16,160 nt of DNA, taken from NCBI GenBank assembly GCA_049509455.1, contig JBEKZX010000034.1, positions 1 to 16,160 of the forward strand, in the 5' to 3' direction. This DNA is from Conexivisphaerales archaeon. Its GTDB lineage: Archaea; Thermoproteota; Nitrososphaeria; Conexivisphaerales; DTJL01. The notes below the pieces were generated by a model that saw only the letters and a list, made by a program, of their open reading frames with translations, searched no databases and had not been told where the DNA came from. Position 1 is the stretch's first letter. The number at the start of each line of letters is the position of its first letter. The position numbers and the translations under genes are program-made. Below, one piece after another: positions 14,361 to 16,160 of this stretch.

Positions 14361-15266
14361 TCAAGTGAGCATATTGGCGATTGATGAGCAGGCGGCCACC
14401 ACCTCCTTGTAGTTCAGAGCCGTAAGAGAGACCACTGTCAGGAGCGGGATGAGAGCGTACGGATAGAACATCGTAGAAAGCCCTGTGCTGAAGACCATCT
14501 CCACGAACCCCGCGCCCATGCCGAAGAATAGGAGGGGAAGGTTGGAAACGAACAGGGTCGCGCCAAGGGAGACAGAGGCTGTCCGAATCCTCCTCCGGTT
14601 GTAAGCCACGAAGAGGGGAATCGCTACAAGCGCGAAACGGGGGTCGTAGAAAGTAAGCCCCAGGAGGGCGCCTGAAAGCACTGGCCTCCCTTTGCGGCCG
14701 GAGTAGAATGAGAGGAGCAGCAGGAAGGTCTCAAGCACCTTCGCCTGCCCTTCCTTCCACTGCCAGAAATACGGGATGGACAGTCCCCAGCCGAGAGCGG
14801 GCGATGGCAGTAGGAGTACGATGACGGCCACAAGCAGGATAGCCCAGATCCCCTTGTCCCTGACTAGCAGATAGACCAGGAGGCCCATCAATGGGAGGAG
14901 CAGGAACTGGATGACATCGAAAAAGATTATCGCCTGCTGATAGCTCATGAGAAGGAGCGGCGAAATAAGAAGGAGGAAGGACGGGAGATACTTGTACTGC
15001 CCCTGGACGGGATAGACATGGATCTCACCATCGGGGATGAAGCCACGCGTATACACTTGAGAAGGGTCGTTGAGCAGGCGATAGACGCCCACGTAATACG
15101 CGGAGAAGTCCTTGGAAATGGTCTTGTTCGCGCAGCATTCGCCCTCCACGTTCGCGACCTGGGGATATGCACCCAGGAAGGTAACCAGGTTCAGAAGGAT
15201 CAGTCCGAACATGACTGTGAAGAGAACCCTCTTCCTTCTGCTGGTCAGCTCCGCCACGGGTGACAT
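14361..15266 (-). CDS. GT87 family (DUF2029) GT-C fold glycosyltransferase
   Basis: KDFSAYY, YKYLPSFLLLISPL and GQ motifs within a polytopic membrane protein of 301 aa. Confidence 0.8.
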   Translation of the reverse strand: MSPVAELTSRRKRVLFTVMFGLILLNLVTFLGAYPQVANVEGECCANKTISKDFSAYYVGVYRLLNDPSQVYTRGFIPDGEIHVYPVQGQYKYLPSFLLLISPLLLMSYQQAIIFFDVIQFLLLPLMGLLVYLLVRDKGIWAILLVAVIVLLLPSPALGWGLSIPYFWQWKEGQAKVLETFLLLLSFYSGRKGRPVLSGALLGLTFYDPRFALVAIPLFVAYNRRRIRTASVSLGATLFVSNLPLLFFGMGAGFVEMVFSTGLSTMFYPYALIPLLTVVSLTALNYKEVVAACSSIANMLT

Positions 15267-15488
15267 GGCCGGAGGGGGGAAATCAAAAGGTTGCGGTGAG
15301 CCAACCTACACCCGACTTGCTTACTGAGCATTTGGGTCACGGTCGCAAACCAATAAACAAACTTACTTTGCTATTAGACGGTTAAATTAGACATATCATT
15401 TGGCCGAAGTTCACGACCACTCCACCGTCTGGAAATGGTTGAGTTGCCTTCCGACATTGATATCTCTGAACGATCCTGCGACCGAGCG

Positions 15489-16160
15489 CTACCGGGGCCC
15501 CACCTCGGCATGGGCAACTTTGTCATCCGAAGTATTCGCTGGCCCGGCCAGCTCTCCCCGCTGAGCCGACGTCGGTGATCCTCTCCCGGCTCTGTAGCGT
15601 GAAAGTGCCGACGCGAGGACGGAGAGGGCCATCAGGGCGGCCAAGGCGATCTGCCCTGAGGAAATGGCATCCAAGGCCAGACGCGAGAACCCGTAGGTGA
15701 CCAGCCCTCCCAGCTCGGGCTCCCCCGCCGCCAGCCACGTGAGGGAGTACATCGACAGGAGGGGGAGGACCATCAGGAGGTTCGCCCTCTCCCCGTCGAA
15801 GAGCCTCCTCAGGTCTCCCGAGCGCCACATCATGAACAACATGAGGAGAAGGGAGCCGGACTCGATCAGGGAGTCCGCCGCCGACGGCATCCCCAGCTCC
15901 AGCCCGACCCTGACGGTGGCCAAGGGAAGGAGGAGCGGAACGCTGCTCGCCAGGAAGTCCCCCACCAGGACGTGCTGCAGGACGCCGACGACGTAGGGGA
16001 GGGAGTCCCTCCTCCACCACACGACGGCGGCCGCCAGCGGAAGGAGGAGAAGGAGGGAGTGGGTGTAGGTGTGGTGGACCAGCCCCAGCCCCGAGAAGAA
16101 GATGTCGAAGTCCGGGAGGATCCCCGCCACGAGCGCCAGCCACAGGGTGAGCTTCTGGTG
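15489..16160 (-). CDS. YdjM-like metal-dependent membrane hydrolase, 5'-truncated by the window end
   Basis: ALVAGILPDFD..HHTYTHSL motif; the frame stays open to the window edge (HQKLTLWLALVAGILPD). Confidence 0.85.
   Translation of the reverse strand, partial: HQKLTLWLALVAGILPDFDIFFSGLGLVHHTYTHSLLLLLPLAAAVVWWRRDSLPYVVGVLQHVLVGDFLASSVPLLLPLATVRVGLELGMPSAADSLIESGSLLLMLFMMWRSGDLRRLFDGERANLLMVLPLLSMYSLTWLAAGEPELGGLVTYGFSRLALDAISSGQIALAALMALSVLASALSRYRAGRGSPTSAQRGELAGPANTSDDKVAHAEVGPR

Noticed and set aside
289-16143. Numerous antisense or alternative-frame ORFs in the track (e.g. 289-600, 906-1238, 5379-5999, 5808-6536, 7097-7582, 10761-11465, 13634-14248, 15523-16143)
   Set aside because: They are shadows of better-supported genes in GC3-rich sequence, with low-complexity Arg/Pro/Ser translations and no motifs.

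Overview
Archaeal-style accessory region. TATA boxes sit about 25-35 bp upstream of starts, TTG/GTG starts are frequent, oligo-T terminators are present, and there is a CofE gene; a Nitrososphaerota-like host is my inference only. The window holds about 20 mostly small, independently promoted genes in mixed orientation: hemerythrin, AhpD/CMD, two stand-alone cNMP-binding proteins, a DUF2795-like protein, two Zn-binding proteins, a YVTN beta-propeller surface protein with an internal stop, a DrrAB-like ABC exporter, a PAS protein, an MFS transporter, an ECF-S-like protein, CofE, a GT87 and a YdjM-like hydrolase. The main unexplained signal is a modular ~125-bp intergenic repeat. Its modules are A (RYYYAAC-N3-TTGTTTTCAATAA), core B (TTCGCAGGTCCAAGCCYACG, 7 clear copies) and C (TGATGAT..TTCTTTTC..GCNGC). 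All clear copies lie in the same orientation and only between genes, and they partition the region into gene-sized units. Two 28-bp 11-6-11 inverted-repeat sites (D) lie next to core B. I infer this may be a site-specific-recombination gene-cassette/accretion array that is not a canonical attC integron, CRISPR or tRNA-att array. No recombinase or transposase is visible in the window, so the mechanism is unproven.
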